Assembly: GCA_963785415.1 (NCBI GenBank)
Contig: CAWAVB010000001.1
Coordinates: forward strand, 1,821,125 to 1,885,124
DNA: 64,000 bases
Reading direction: 5' to 3'
From: an uncultured Acidimicrobiaceae bacterium
GTDB taxonomy: Bacteria > Actinomycetota > Acidimicrobiia > Acidimicrobiales > Bog-793
The notes under the pieces: generated by a model
Databases searched by the model: none
The model's input: only the letters and a program-made list of their open reading frames with translations
Told to the model about the DNA's origin: nothing
Shown: in pieces, positions 47,128 to 56,315 of the stretch
How the letters are laid out: every line of letters starts with the position of its first letter
How positions within the stretch are numbered: the stretch's first letter is position 1
Translations under genes and position numbers: made by a program

Positions 47128-47745
47128 GTGCCGAAACCCCCGACCGCGGCGCGCGGACGACGCGTCGCGACCCCGCCCCCGCCCCCCCCGCCGCCGCGGC
47201 GGAGCGTCTTCGGCGTCTTCGCCCTGCCGACACGCGACCGCCGCCTGCGCCCGCTCCCGGCCGCGCCGGGCGGCGCCCCCCGGCCGCGGTTCAGCGCGCG
47301 GATGCTGGTCACACTCGGGTCGTCGATCGCCGGTCTCGGGATCGCCTCGTATCTCACGCTTGCCCACTACACGTCGGTCGTGTCGCTCGTGTGCCCGAAT
47401 TCCGGCGCCATCAACTGCGACGCCGTGACGACGAGCTCGGAATCCTACCTCCTCGGCATCCCGGTCGCCGTCCTCGGACTCGCCTACTTCGTGGTCGTGC
47501 TCGCCTTCGCGCTGCCGCCGGTGTGGCGCGCACGTCACCCCTACGTCGCCCCGGCGCGACTCGCGCTCGCCATCGGGGGGATCGGGTTCGTCTGCTACCT
47601 GCTCTACGCCGAGCTCTACGAGGTCGGCAAGCTCTGTCTGTGGTGCACCGCGGTCCACGTCCTCACGCTCGTCATTTTCATCGCGGTCGTGACGGGATGG
47701 GACGAGACGGTGGCGTATTCCCGCGAGGACGACGCCGAAGCCTGA
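47128..47745 (+). CDS. vitamin K epoxide reductase (VKOR) family membrane oxidoreductase
   Basis: Loop Cys pair CPNSGAINC, the active-site CLWC in the last helix, and four hydrophobic helices. The start is uncertain: GTG 47128 gives a poly-Pro/Arg N-terminus, and ATG 47302 is the alternative. Confidence 0.82.
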   Translation: MPKPPTAARGRRVATPPPPPPPPRRSVFGVFALPTRDRRLRPLPAAPGGAPRPRFSARMLVTLGSSIAGLGIASYLTLAHYTSVVSLVCPNSGAINCDAVTTSSESYLLGIPVAVLGLAYFVVVLAFALPPVWRARHPYVAPARLALAIGGIGFVCYLLYAELYEVGKLCLWCTAVHVLTLVIFIAVVTGWDETVAYSREDDAEA

Positions 47746-47765
47746 CGAAGCCCGGCGCGTTGCGG

Positions 47766-50321
47766 TCAGGTGGCCGGTGGCGCGCCGATCGTGTCGGTGA
47801 GGGCGAGCTCGATCACGGTGCAGTCGGGGTCGGCCTGCCGGAAGACGTCGACGATGTGCGGGTGGCAGGTGAACGCGAGCACCTGGTGGGAACGAGCCAG
47901 GTTCCCGATCGCGCGCCCGACGGCGGTGGCGCGACCCGGGTCGAAGTTGACGAGCACGTCGTCGAGGACGAACGGCAGCGAGACGGTGCGCTCGGCGTGG
48001 GTCGCGGCGAGGCCGAGCCGCAGGCACAGGTAGAGCTGCTCGGCCGTCCCGCGACTCAGCGATCCCGAATCGACCCGCTCGCCGCGGGCGGTGATCGCAT
48101 CGATGCCGTGGTGCGCGGCGCGCTCGTCCTCGTGCGCGACGAGCTGGACGTAGCGGCCGGCGGTCACGTCGCCGAACAACTCGGCGGCGCGGGCGATCAC
48201 GGCGGGCTGCTTCTCGCGCTCGTAACGGGCGAAGGTCGCCTCGATCAGCGCCTGGGCGAGACCGAGCACGGTCCATTCGCGCAGCGCGTCCTCGAGCTCG
48301 GTCGCGAGCGTGGCGCGCTCGATCTCGAGCCTGGCGATCTCGTCCGAGGACCGGAGGGCGTCGAGTGATTGTTCGGCGTCGCGCTCGGCGTCGCGGGCGT
48401 TCTGGAATGCGGCTTCGGCGGCGGCGACCTCGGCCTTGATCGCCGAGCTCTGTGATTCCCAGTTCGCCGGATTTCCCGTGGCGAGCTCGTCGCGCAACCG
48501 GTCGGCCTCCGGGCCGAAGCCCGCCGCCTTGGCGAGATCCGAGTTCGCCCGGTCGATCGTTTCTTGCAGGCCGCGGCGTTCGCCCCGCGCCTGCTCGGCC
48601 TCGACGAGTGCCGAGGCCAGCTGCCGGGACGTCTCGACGGCTGCCCCGGCGCTTTCGAACCCGCAGGCCTCGGCGGTGCGGCGGACGGAGGCATCGAAGG
48701 CCTCGACGGTCGCAGTCTCCGCTTCGATCGCCCGGGACAGCCGCCGATGCGCGGCATCGCGCTCGGCGATCTTGGTCTCGAGCTCGGCGAGGCGATGGTC
48801 GAGCTCGTCAAGGCGCCGCCGCGCCTCCCGTTCCTCGTCGAGGCGGGCGGCGACCGCAACGACCTCGACGAGCGCAGGGGAACGGTCGAGGCCGAACGAC
48901 TCGGCGACGCGGGCGATCTCCGTGGCAAGGCGCTTCGGGTCGACGGGCGTGAGACGCGAGTCCACCCGGTCGGGAACCGCGGTGGTCCGGGTCCGCGCTC
49001 CGGCGACGATGAGCGCCGCCGCCGCGCCGAGGGCGACGGCGGCGAGAGTGCCGATGGCGCCGAGCGCGGCATTGTGCTTCGAGAACTCGAACGCCGCGAC
49101 GAAGGCGGTGGCGACGAAGGCGGCGGCGACGAACGCCATCGCGATTGCGGGCCGCGACACCCCTGGTGAGCGTCTGGCGAACCGTTCCATCGTCTCTTGC
49201 TGGCCCTGCGCGGCGAGCAGATGGTCGCGCTGGTCGATGAGGCCGCGCAGCAGCTGCGCATCCCGATCGGCGTGGCGCAGCTCGGCCTCGTTTCGGGGTG
49301 CCCCGCCCAGGTCGTTGTCGCCGCCCGGCCCTTCGAGCGCCGACACGGGCGGACGGGACCCTTCGAGGCGCGTCCGCTGCTCGACGAGGTCCGCTTGCGA
49401 CCGCTCGATCCCGGCCAGCTCGACCCGACTCTGGCGCAGCGCTCCGAGACGGAGCTCGTGGGCCGAGCATTCGGCGTCCAGGCGCCGGATCTCCGACGCG
49501 AACCCGGTGAGCTGCTCGGCGGCCGCGCTCGGCGGTCCGAGGGCTTTGAGCCCCGCCTCAGCGTCGCGGATCCGGTTCCAATAAGGCCAGCACGACCGCA
49601 GGTGGTCGAGCTGGCCGTCCCGACGACGGAGATCGTCGAGGCGCTCCCGGGCGGACCCGGTCTCCGTCTGCAGCCGCCGGTATTCGGCCTCCGCCGAGGC
49701 GTATCCCTCGGCCGCGGCGCGCGTCGTGCGCAGCCGCGTCTCGACATCATCGATCCGGTGGCGCAGCTGGTTGGCGCGGGCGTCGGAACTGCGTTGGCGG
49801 ACGATCGCCGCCCGCCGGTTCTCGAGCTCGCGCATCGCGCGTGTCGCCGACCGGCCGGCCCCGAGCACTCCGGCCGTGAAGACGAGGTCCCGCACGTCGT
49901 CGTCGTCGAGGGTCTCGAGCGAGGTCAGCTCGTCGAGTCCGAAGGCGAAGATCGAACGGAACAGCCCGGCGTTCGCGCCCCCGAGCAGCGCGTGCAGCTC
50001 CGCGTCGCCGCCGAGGCGTCCGTCGGGGCCCGTGACGACGGGGTTGCGGGCATCGGCGTGCCGTTCGATCACCCAGGGCCGGCCGTCCTCGTCGAGGAGT
50101 CGCAGCGACCCGCCGTGCCGGCCCCCTCGCAGCGGCGGGCGAGCGTTCTGGCGGCTTCTCCGGTCCGGGAAGCCGAAGAGTACAGCGCGCACGAAATCGA
50201 GGAGGGTCGACTTGCCGGTCTCGTTCATCCCGTAGACGACGGTGAGGGAGGGCGCGAGTCCATCGAGGTCGAGGTCCGCGAGCGTGCCGTAGCCGTCCAC
50301 GTGGATCCCGGTGAGCTTCAC
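47766..50321 (-). CDS. Rad50/SbcC-like AAA ATPase (YhaN / Rv1278-like) with a central hydrophobic hairpin
   Basis: Walker A GMNETGKST, long Ala/Arg/Glu-rich coiled-coil arms, the signature LSRGTAEQL and Walker B PFVLDDVLVNFD. Two hydrophobic segments lie at residues ~391-441. The GTG start overlaps the upstream gene's stop. Confidence 0.85.
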   Translation of the reverse strand: MKLTGIHVDGYGTLADLDLDGLAPSLTVVYGMNETGKSTLLDFVRAVLFGFPDRRSRQNARPPLRGGRHGGSLRLLDEDGRPWVIERHADARNPVVTGPDGRLGGDAELHALLGGANAGLFRSIFAFGLDELTSLETLDDDDVRDLVFTAGVLGAGRSATRAMRELENRRAAIVRQRSSDARANQLRHRIDDVETRLRTTRAAAEGYASAEAEYRRLQTETGSARERLDDLRRRDGQLDHLRSCWPYWNRIRDAEAGLKALGPPSAAAEQLTGFASEIRRLDAECSAHELRLGALRQSRVELAGIERSQADLVEQRTRLEGSRPPVSALEGPGGDNDLGGAPRNEAELRHADRDAQLLRGLIDQRDHLLAAQGQQETMERFARRSPGVSRPAIAMAFVAAAFVATAFVAAFEFSKHNAALGAIGTLAAVALGAAAALIVAGARTRTTAVPDRVDSRLTPVDPKRLATEIARVAESFGLDRSPALVEVVAVAARLDEEREARRRLDELDHRLAELETKIAERDAAHRRLSRAIEAETATVEAFDASVRRTAEACGFESAGAAVETSRQLASALVEAEQARGERRGLQETIDRANSDLAKAAGFGPEADRLRDELATGNPANWESQSSAIKAEVAAAEAAFQNARDAERDAEQSLDALRSSDEIARLEIERATLATELEDALREWTVLGLAQALIEATFARYEREKQPAVIARAAELFGDVTAGRYVQLVAHEDERAAHHGIDAITARGERVDSGSLSRGTAEQLYLCLRLGLAATHAERTVSLPFVLDDVLVNFDPGRATAVGRAIGNLARSHQVLAFTCHPHIVDVFRQADPDCTVIELALTDTIGAPPAT

Positions 50322-51622
50322 GGCTCGTCTCCGGCGATCGCATCGAGCGCGGTCGTCGTCGCCTCGTCGAAGAGCTGGGCGAGGGTGTCACCGTCTCCGG
50401 CGATCCCGTCGAGCGCGCCCACCAAGGCGCGCGGCGCGCCGGCAACGGCCCGGCTGGCGAGTTCGGCGGCGGCGGCCGGATCCGAACCCACGTTCTCGGC
50501 GAGCTCGACAAGGTCCGCCGCGAAGTCGCCGCGGCGGCGGATCGTCTCGAGGTCGACGATTCCCTTCGTCAGATCCTCGATCTCGTCCCACCAGCAGAAC
50601 GGCTGGCGGTCGCCCGTCTCCTCGCGCAGTGCCCGTACGAGATCGTCCGTCGCGCCGGGCCGGGCGAGGAGCGCGTGCAGGACACCGCGTCCGGTGAGCC
50701 GGGCGCGCAAGATGACCGAACGTCCCTCTGCTGCGGCGAGGCTCGCCGCCCCTTGCTCGCCGAGGTTGTCAACGAGGGAAGGGAGGTCGGGGACGCCTTC
50801 GATCGTGCTCTCGATCTCCTCGAAGCGGACGCGGTCGCACGGCACGAACTCGGCGTCGTCGACGACGCCATGGCGGACGTGGACGACGATCGCCCCCTTG
50901 GCGCTCTGTTCGCTCGGCTTGGGGCTGCGGGCCTGGCTGTTCCCGGGGTAGACGATCCAGGGATCCCCGGGTCCGTTCCCTTTGATCACCTGGCGGAGGT
51001 GGATGTGGCCGAGCGCCCAGTAGTCGAGGCGGCGGGATCGGAGGTCGTCGAGGCTGCAGGGGCTGTAGGCGTCATGGTCCACGCTCCCTTCGAGGTTGCA
51101 ATGCAGCAGCCCGACGTGGACTCCGGGTCCGTCGGGGCGCCGGAACCGCAGGGAGAGGTTCTCGGTCGTCCTCCGGGTGGCGTAGCTGATGCCCTGGACG
51201 GTGGCGATCACCGCACCGTCGTTCTCCACCGGGACGAGCCCGACAGATTCGGTGCCGAAGATCGTCACGCCTCGGGGCCAGGAGCCGATCGCCGACCAGC
51301 CTGTCGACACCGGGTCGTGGTTGCCGTGCACGACGAAGCTCGGGATCCCTTCTCCGGCGAGGAGCGCGAGCCCCTTGTGGAAGCGCACCTGGGCGCGAAG
51401 CCCGCGCTCGGGCCCGTCGTAGACGTCACCGGCGACGACGACGAACGCCGCCCTGCGTTCGAGGGCGAGCTCGACGATGGAGTCGAAGGCCTGCAGCGAG
51501 GCCTCCCGCAGTGCTTCGGCGACGTGGTGCGGAAGGTCGTGGACGTCCCGGAACGGTGTGTCGAGGTGCAGATCGGCCGCGTGGACGAAACAGAACGACG
51601 CCTCGGGGCTGTCGGCCATCAC
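50318..51622 (-). CDS. Mre11/SbcD-like metallophosphoesterase (YhaO / Rv1277-like DNA repair exonuclease)
   Basis: Calcineurin-like motifs are present: FVHAADLHLD, AGDVYD, VHGNHD and ALGHIH. Confidence 0.87.
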   Translation of the reverse strand: MMADSPEASFCFVHAADLHLDTPFRDVHDLPHHVAEALREASLQAFDSIVELALERRAAFVVVAGDVYDGPERGLRAQVRFHKGLALLAGEGIPSFVVHGNHDPVSTGWSAIGSWPRGVTIFGTESVGLVPVENDGAVIATVQGISYATRRTTENLSLRFRRPDGPGVHVGLLHCNLEGSVDHDAYSPCSLDDLRSRRLDYWALGHIHLRQVIKGNGPGDPWIVYPGNSQARSPKPSEQSAKGAIVVHVRHGVVDDAEFVPCDRVRFEEIESTIEGVPDLPSLVDNLGEQGAASLAAAEGRSVILRARLTGRGVLHALLARPGATDDLVRALREETGDRQPFCWWDEIEDLTKGIVDLETIRRRGDFAADLVELAENVGSDPAAAAELASRAVAGAPRALVGALDGIAGDGDTLAQLFDEATTTALDAIAGDEP

Positions 51623-51703
51623 GTTGAGGCTACCGATCGGCTGCCTCGTACCCCGGTTTCAGACCGAGCCGGTCGCGTGCCCGCTCCCGAAAGGCTCGCC
51701 GGG

Positions 51704-53605
51704 TCAGGAAGGTGAGAGCCGCCGAAGGTCCTTTTGCACGTCCGGCCAGATGAACGAGCCTTCGAACCTGACCGGCGGCACGCCGAGCGCCGCCTCGAAG
51801 TACTCGAGCACGTATTTCACGGGTGGGCCCTGACGCACAACGGTGACCGCACCGACGTCGTAGCGACGGAGGAAGATGCGGAACTCGCGTGTCGTCGCGG
51901 CGTCGTGGGGCGGCGGTGGGCTCGGGCTGCCGTAGAGCCAGTAGACGAGCGCCTTTTCGACGGCGTCGGGCGGAATCAAGAGCGCGGCGTCGCGCAACGG
52001 CTTGCCACCGGCCCGGTTGGAGACGGAGCCGCGGAAGGCGATCAGCTTGAAGCGCATGTCACTCGCCGCCTGCCAGAGCAGGGCCTGGTCGTTGAAGCCC
52101 ACGTAACCGATGGGCAGCGGGTAGGAGAGGACGACCGAGCCGGGGCGCAAAGGAGAGCCGGCCGCGGTGAACAGCGCGGGCACCGCGGGATCGGTCGACG
52201 CGTACGGCAGGGCGGGGAGAAGCGGCACAAGCGCCAGGGCGAAGACACCGAGACTGGCGAGCCGCCGGCTGAGCTGACGCCGCGCGGACTGTCGTTCCGG
52301 CTCCGCGTCGCCGGGTGACCCACTTGTCGCCGCGGCCCGGCGCGGGCGCCAGAGACCGGTGAGGATGCCTTCACGCGCCATTTGATCGAGCCCGATCGCC
52401 GAGACGACCGCGATCGCGAGGTACATGAGGAACGAGTAGCGGAGGTCAAGCGCGCCGTTGAGGAGCGGGATCCTCGTGATGAGGTCGTAGGGCAGCCGGA
52501 CGCCGTGTCGTTTCGCCCCGAGTGTGATCACCCAGGCACCGAAGGCGACGACGGCGAACAGCTGGACCTGGGCGACCCGTCGGCACCGGTACACGATGTA
52601 GGCGAGCAGCACGAGCAGGGGGATCCCAACGTAGGTCGTCGACTCGACTCCGTTTTGCAAGGTGAGCGCCATCCCCTTGGCCAACCAGCTGCCGAACCCG
52701 AAGTGCTCCAGGTTCGTCGGGTAGATGAGCGACCCGAGGCTCGATCCGTAGCTCTCGAGTTCGGCAAGCGGGTGGGGCGCGCCGCTCACGTGGTAGGGCC
52801 CGCGGAAGTAGACCCAGAGCGGGTACCCCGCGATGACGATCGCGGTGATGACGGCCGCCGCGGCTCCCCGGCCGATGTCCCTGAGCCGCTCGCGGGTCGC
52901 CACGGGGTGGAGGACGACGAGCACGACGAGGCAGAGGGCCGTGGCGAACAGGGTGATGCCGAGGATCTCCGCTGAGATCATGAACTGCGCGGCGACGACG
53001 AGGCCCAGCACGATGCCGTTGCGGACGACGTGACGTCGTCTGATAAACACCTCGTCGATAAGCGCCGCGATGATCGGGGGCAACGGGATGAACGTCAGGA
53101 AGAGGTGGGACTGGGACTGCCCGACCATGAAGGGCGAGAACTCGTAGACGAGGCCGCCGATGAACGCGGCGGGCCACCACTTCGTCCAGCGCCTCAACAC
53201 GAAGCACATCGAGATTCCCGAGAGGGCAAGCGCCAGCCGCATGAGCAGGCTGAACGTCGAGAGAGCCCCGAAAAGGAGCGTGAACGGAGCAAAGACGATG
53301 CCGAGCAGCGGTGTCGACGTGTTGTTCATGAGGTTCACGCCGTAGGGCCAATCAGCCCAGTTCGTGTACAGCGGGTTGAGGCCGTGGGCGAGGGCGTACG
53401 CCGGCCAGGCGAGGGACCACACCCCCCCGGGGATGTCGCCGCAGGCGCAGGGCGGCAGGGTGGCGCTCGTCGCAGGCGGGTGGACGCCGTAGACGAAGGC
53501 GGCGAGGACGCAGTAGACGAGCGCGCAGAGCGCCGGCGGGCCGTAACGCCGCAGTCGGACCCGGCGGCGGGTGGTGATGTGCTCGATGGCCGTGAAATCG
53601 CTCAT
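51704..53605 (-). CDS. large polytopic membrane protein with a C-terminal extracytoplasmic domain (possible GT-C-type transferase)
   Basis: More than 10 hydrophobic helices are followed by a ~190-aa soluble C-terminus. The start is ATG 53605 (MSDFTAIEH). No named family recognised; the function is a guess from architecture. Confidence 0.7.
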   Translation of the reverse strand: MSDFTAIEHITTRRRVRLRRYGPPALCALVYCVLAAFVYGVHPPATSATLPPCACGDIPGGVWSLAWPAYALAHGLNPLYTNWADWPYGVNLMNNTSTPLLGIVFAPFTLLFGALSTFSLLMRLALALSGISMCFVLRRWTKWWPAAFIGGLVYEFSPFMVGQSQSHLFLTFIPLPPIIAALIDEVFIRRRHVVRNGIVLGLVVAAQFMISAEILGITLFATALCLVVLVVLHPVATRERLRDIGRGAAAAVITAIVIAGYPLWVYFRGPYHVSGAPHPLAELESYGSSLGSLIYPTNLEHFGFGSWLAKGMALTLQNGVESTTYVGIPLLVLLAYIVYRCRRVAQVQLFAVVAFGAWVITLGAKRHGVRLPYDLITRIPLLNGALDLRYSFLMYLAIAVVSAIGLDQMAREGILTGLWRPRRAAATSGSPGDAEPERQSARRQLSRRLASLGVFALALVPLLPALPYASTDPAVPALFTAAGSPLRPGSVVLSYPLPIGYVGFNDQALLWQAASDMRFKLIAFRGSVSNRAGGKPLRDAALLIPPDAVEKALVYWLYGSPSPPPPHDAATTREFRIFLRRYDVGAVTVVRQGPPVKYVLEYFEAALGVPPVRFEGSFIWPDVQKDLRRLSPS

Positions 53606-53780
53606 CGGGGGAGCGGATAGCCGGTCCCGGCGGTGACGAACTGTGGCCGGGTCACGCGCGTCCGTCATCGAAGGTGGCCCGGGCACGCACTTTCGGGGAC
53701 AGTACCACCCGCTCGTTCGTGGCCCGTGCGGGGCGTCGCCACGCCTATACGCTTGGACCTTCAGCGGACGGAGGCAAGCG

Positions 53781-55166
53781 ATGGGTTTCGATCTCAACGA
53801 GGTACTGGCGAGCCACAAGGGCGAGAACTTCCAGCTGTACGGCCGGAACATCAACCCCCAGCTGGTGAATGTCCTCCGGTCGATCGGCTTTGACCGCTTC
53901 TACGCGCGGGCCGAGGGCGCCTACCTCTATGACGACGAAGGCCGCCGCTACCTCGACTTCCTCTCCGGGTTCGGGGTGTTCGCCCTCGGCCGGAGCCATC
54001 CGGCCCTGAAAAAGGCCCTCCACCAGGCGATCGACGCCGACCTGCCGAACCTCATCCAGATGGATGCCGCGCTGTTGCCAGGAGTGCTGGCGGGCGAGAT
54101 CCTGAAGCGTTGTCACCCCGGAATGGGGCGAGTGTTTTTCACGAACTCCGGAGCTGAAGCGGTCGAGGCCGCGCTGAAGTTCTCCCGCTATGCGACGGGG
54201 CGGTCCCGGGTTCTGCACTGCGAACACGGCTTCCATGGCCTCACGCTCGGCGCGCTCTCAGCGAACGGCGGTTCCGAGTTCCGCAAGGGCTTCGGGCCGC
54301 TGATTCCCGGTTTCGTCCAGGTGCCTTTCGGCGATGCCGAAGCCCTCGAGCGAGAGCTGCGTTCGCGTGACGTCGCCGCCTTCGTCGTCGAGCCGATCCA
54401 GGGCCATGGTGTCTTCGTCGCGCCGCAGGAGTACTGGGACGCTGTCTCTGAATTGTGTCGCCGTTACGGGACCCTGCTCATCGCCGACGAGGTGCAGACC
54501 GGGCTCGGGCGCACGGGCCGCCTGTGGGCACACGAGCACTACGGCCTCGTCCCGGACATCGTGACGTTGTCGAAGGCGCTGTCGGGCGGGTTCGTCCCGA
54601 TCGGGGCGATGGTGTGCTCGACGAAGGTCTCCAACAAGGTCTACTCGTCGATCTCGAGGGCGCTCGTCCACTCCTCGACATTCAAGAACAACCAGCTCGC
54701 GATGGTCGCCGGGCTCGCTACGCTCGCGACGATCGACGACGAGAACCTGGTCGACCGCGCTCGGATGAACGGTGACGCCTTCGACAAGGCGCTCGCGCCG
54801 CTCGTCGAGCGCCACGAGACCTTCCAGTCGGTGCGCGGCAAGGGGCTGATGGTCGGACTCGTCTTCGGCGAGCCGACGTCGTTCCGCCAGCGGACGCGCT
54901 TCCGGCTGCTCGAGGCGGCCCGGACGGGGCTGTTCTCGCAGATCGTCGTCGGGCCGCTGTTCACCCGGCACGGGATCCTCACCCAGGTCGCGGCCGACTC
55001 GATGAACGTCGTGAAGTTGCTCCCGCCCCTCATCATCGGCCAGTACGAGGTCGACTACTTCGTCGCCGCCCTCGACGACGTACTGACGGACGCTGAGAAG
55101 AACTCGTCGTTGATCGTCGAGTTCGGCAAGACGCTCGTCAAGGGCTCGTTCCGGCGCGCCGGTTGA
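53781..55166 (+). CDS. class III pyridoxal-phosphate-dependent aminotransferase
   Basis: FTNSGAEAVEAALK, IADEVQTG.GRTG and the PLP-Lys in DIVTLSKALSGG. ATG 53781 is preceded by ggagg. Confidence 0.88.
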   Translation: MGFDLNEVLASHKGENFQLYGRNINPQLVNVLRSIGFDRFYARAEGAYLYDDEGRRYLDFLSGFGVFALGRSHPALKKALHQAIDADLPNLIQMDAALLPGVLAGEILKRCHPGMGRVFFTNSGAEAVEAALKFSRYATGRSRVLHCEHGFHGLTLGALSANGGSEFRKGFGPLIPGFVQVPFGDAEALERELRSRDVAAFVVEPIQGHGVFVAPQEYWDAVSELCRRYGTLLIADEVQTGLGRTGRLWAHEHYGLVPDIVTLSKALSGGFVPIGAMVCSTKVSNKVYSSISRALVHSSTFKNNQLAMVAGLATLATIDDENLVDRARMNGDAFDKALAPLVERHETFQSVRGKGLMVGLVFGEPTSFRQRTRFRLLEAARTGLFSQIVVGPLFTRHGILTQVAADSMNVVKLLPPLIIGQYEVDYFVAALDDVLTDAEKNSSLIVEFGKTLVKGSFRRAG

Positions 55167-56236
55167 AACCGAGAATCAGGCGCAGCGGTACGACCGCATC
55201 CGACCGACGCTCCGCGCGGCCCCTTGTCGCGATCGGCGTCCTCGCCTGTGTCCTCGCGGCCTTCGGCGGTGTGTCCGTGGGACCCGGCGACGCGTCGACG
55301 ACACCCTCGCCGACGACAACCCTGCCCGTTGCGATCAGCATCCCGGGTTCAGCCGCCGGTGGGGCGTTCGCGGCGCTCGGTCCGGTCAGGCGCATCGATG
55401 TGCTGCCCGTCGCTCTAGGCGGAGTCGTGCCGAAAATCCTCGCCAACGGGACGATGCCGGCCCGCTCGTTGGGCGTCGCGTACCGTCAGTTCGGCTCGGG
55501 GCCCGATCTGCTTCTCATCACGGGCGAGCACGGCTCCATGACCTCGTGGGACCCGCAGGTGCTCGTTGCACTTGGCGCGTACTACCGCGTGACGGTCTTC
55601 GACCTCCCCGGAGTCGGCTACACGGCGCCGAGCCCGAGCGCCGAGACGGTCCCGCGTCTCGCGGACCTGACGGCGGGACTGATCTGGTCATTGGGGTTGT
55701 CCCAGCCGACAGTGGTCGGCTGGGGGTTCGGCGGGGAGATCGCGATGTCCCTCGTCGAGCGCCATGCGGGTCTTGTGTGGCGCCTCGTCCTCGCCGACGC
55801 GACAGCCGGGGGCCCGAAGTCCTACCGGCCGGCCGGAGCAGTCTCGACGATGCTCGCGTCGGGGTCGGCGACGACGGTCGAGCTCTCTCACCTCTTCTTC
55901 CCGGCGAGCGCGCAGTTGGCGCGCTCGAACTGGCTCGCCGATATCGGTCAGGTCAGCCCGGACGACATCACCGCACCGGCGATCGAGGCAGAAGGCTCCC
56001 TCGTTGCCCAGACCGATCGCACGAGCGCCGTGGCGCACGGCCTCGGGACGATAGGGATCCCGACGCTGATCGTCGCTGGATCCGCGGACGTGGTCGTGCC
56101 GGCCACCAACTCCCGCCAGCTCTCGCGGGCGATCGCCCACTCGAGGCTCGTCATCTTCTCCGGCGCCGGATACGCGAGCATCTTCCAGTACTCGTCGGAG
56201 TTCGTGAGCGAACTGACGATATTCACGAATTCGTGA
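55163..56236 (+). CDS. secreted alpha/beta-hydrolase-fold protein lacking the canonical nucleophile Ser
   Basis: Signal/TM LVAIGVLACVLAAFGG and a Thr/Pro linker. LLLITGEHGS matches the fold, but the elbow reads VVGWGFGGEIA instead of G-H-S-x-G. The TTG start overlaps the aminotransferase stop. Confidence 0.7.
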   Translation: MKPRIRRSGTTASDRRSARPLVAIGVLACVLAAFGGVSVGPGDASTTPSPTTTLPVAISIPGSAAGGAFAALGPVRRIDVLPVALGGVVPKILANGTMPARSLGVAYRQFGSGPDLLLITGEHGSMTSWDPQVLVALGAYYRVTVFDLPGVGYTAPSPSAETVPRLADLTAGLIWSLGLSQPTVVGWGFGGEIAMSLVERHAGLVWRLVLADATAGGPKSYRPAGAVSTMLASGSATTVELSHLFFPASAQLARSNWLADIGQVSPDDITAPAIEAEGSLVAQTDRTSAVAHGLGTIGIPTLIVAGSADVVVPATNSRQLSRAIAHSRLVIFSGAGYASIFQYSSEFVSELTIFTNS

Positions 56237-56315
56237 CGGCTCCGCCGTGCTGTCTCCCGATCCGTGGATGCGAGTTCCGGTGAAGGGCATCCTGCCCCAC
56301 GGTTAATCTCTCGTC

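Noticed and set aside
47160-47200. A run of C residues (ccgcccccgccccccccgccgcc) encoding poly-Pro at the putative VKOR N-terminus, considered as a phase-variation tract.
   Set aside because: The longest homopolymer is only 8 nt, and the region may lie upstream of the real start (ATG 47302). There is no supporting evidence for slipped-strand regulation.
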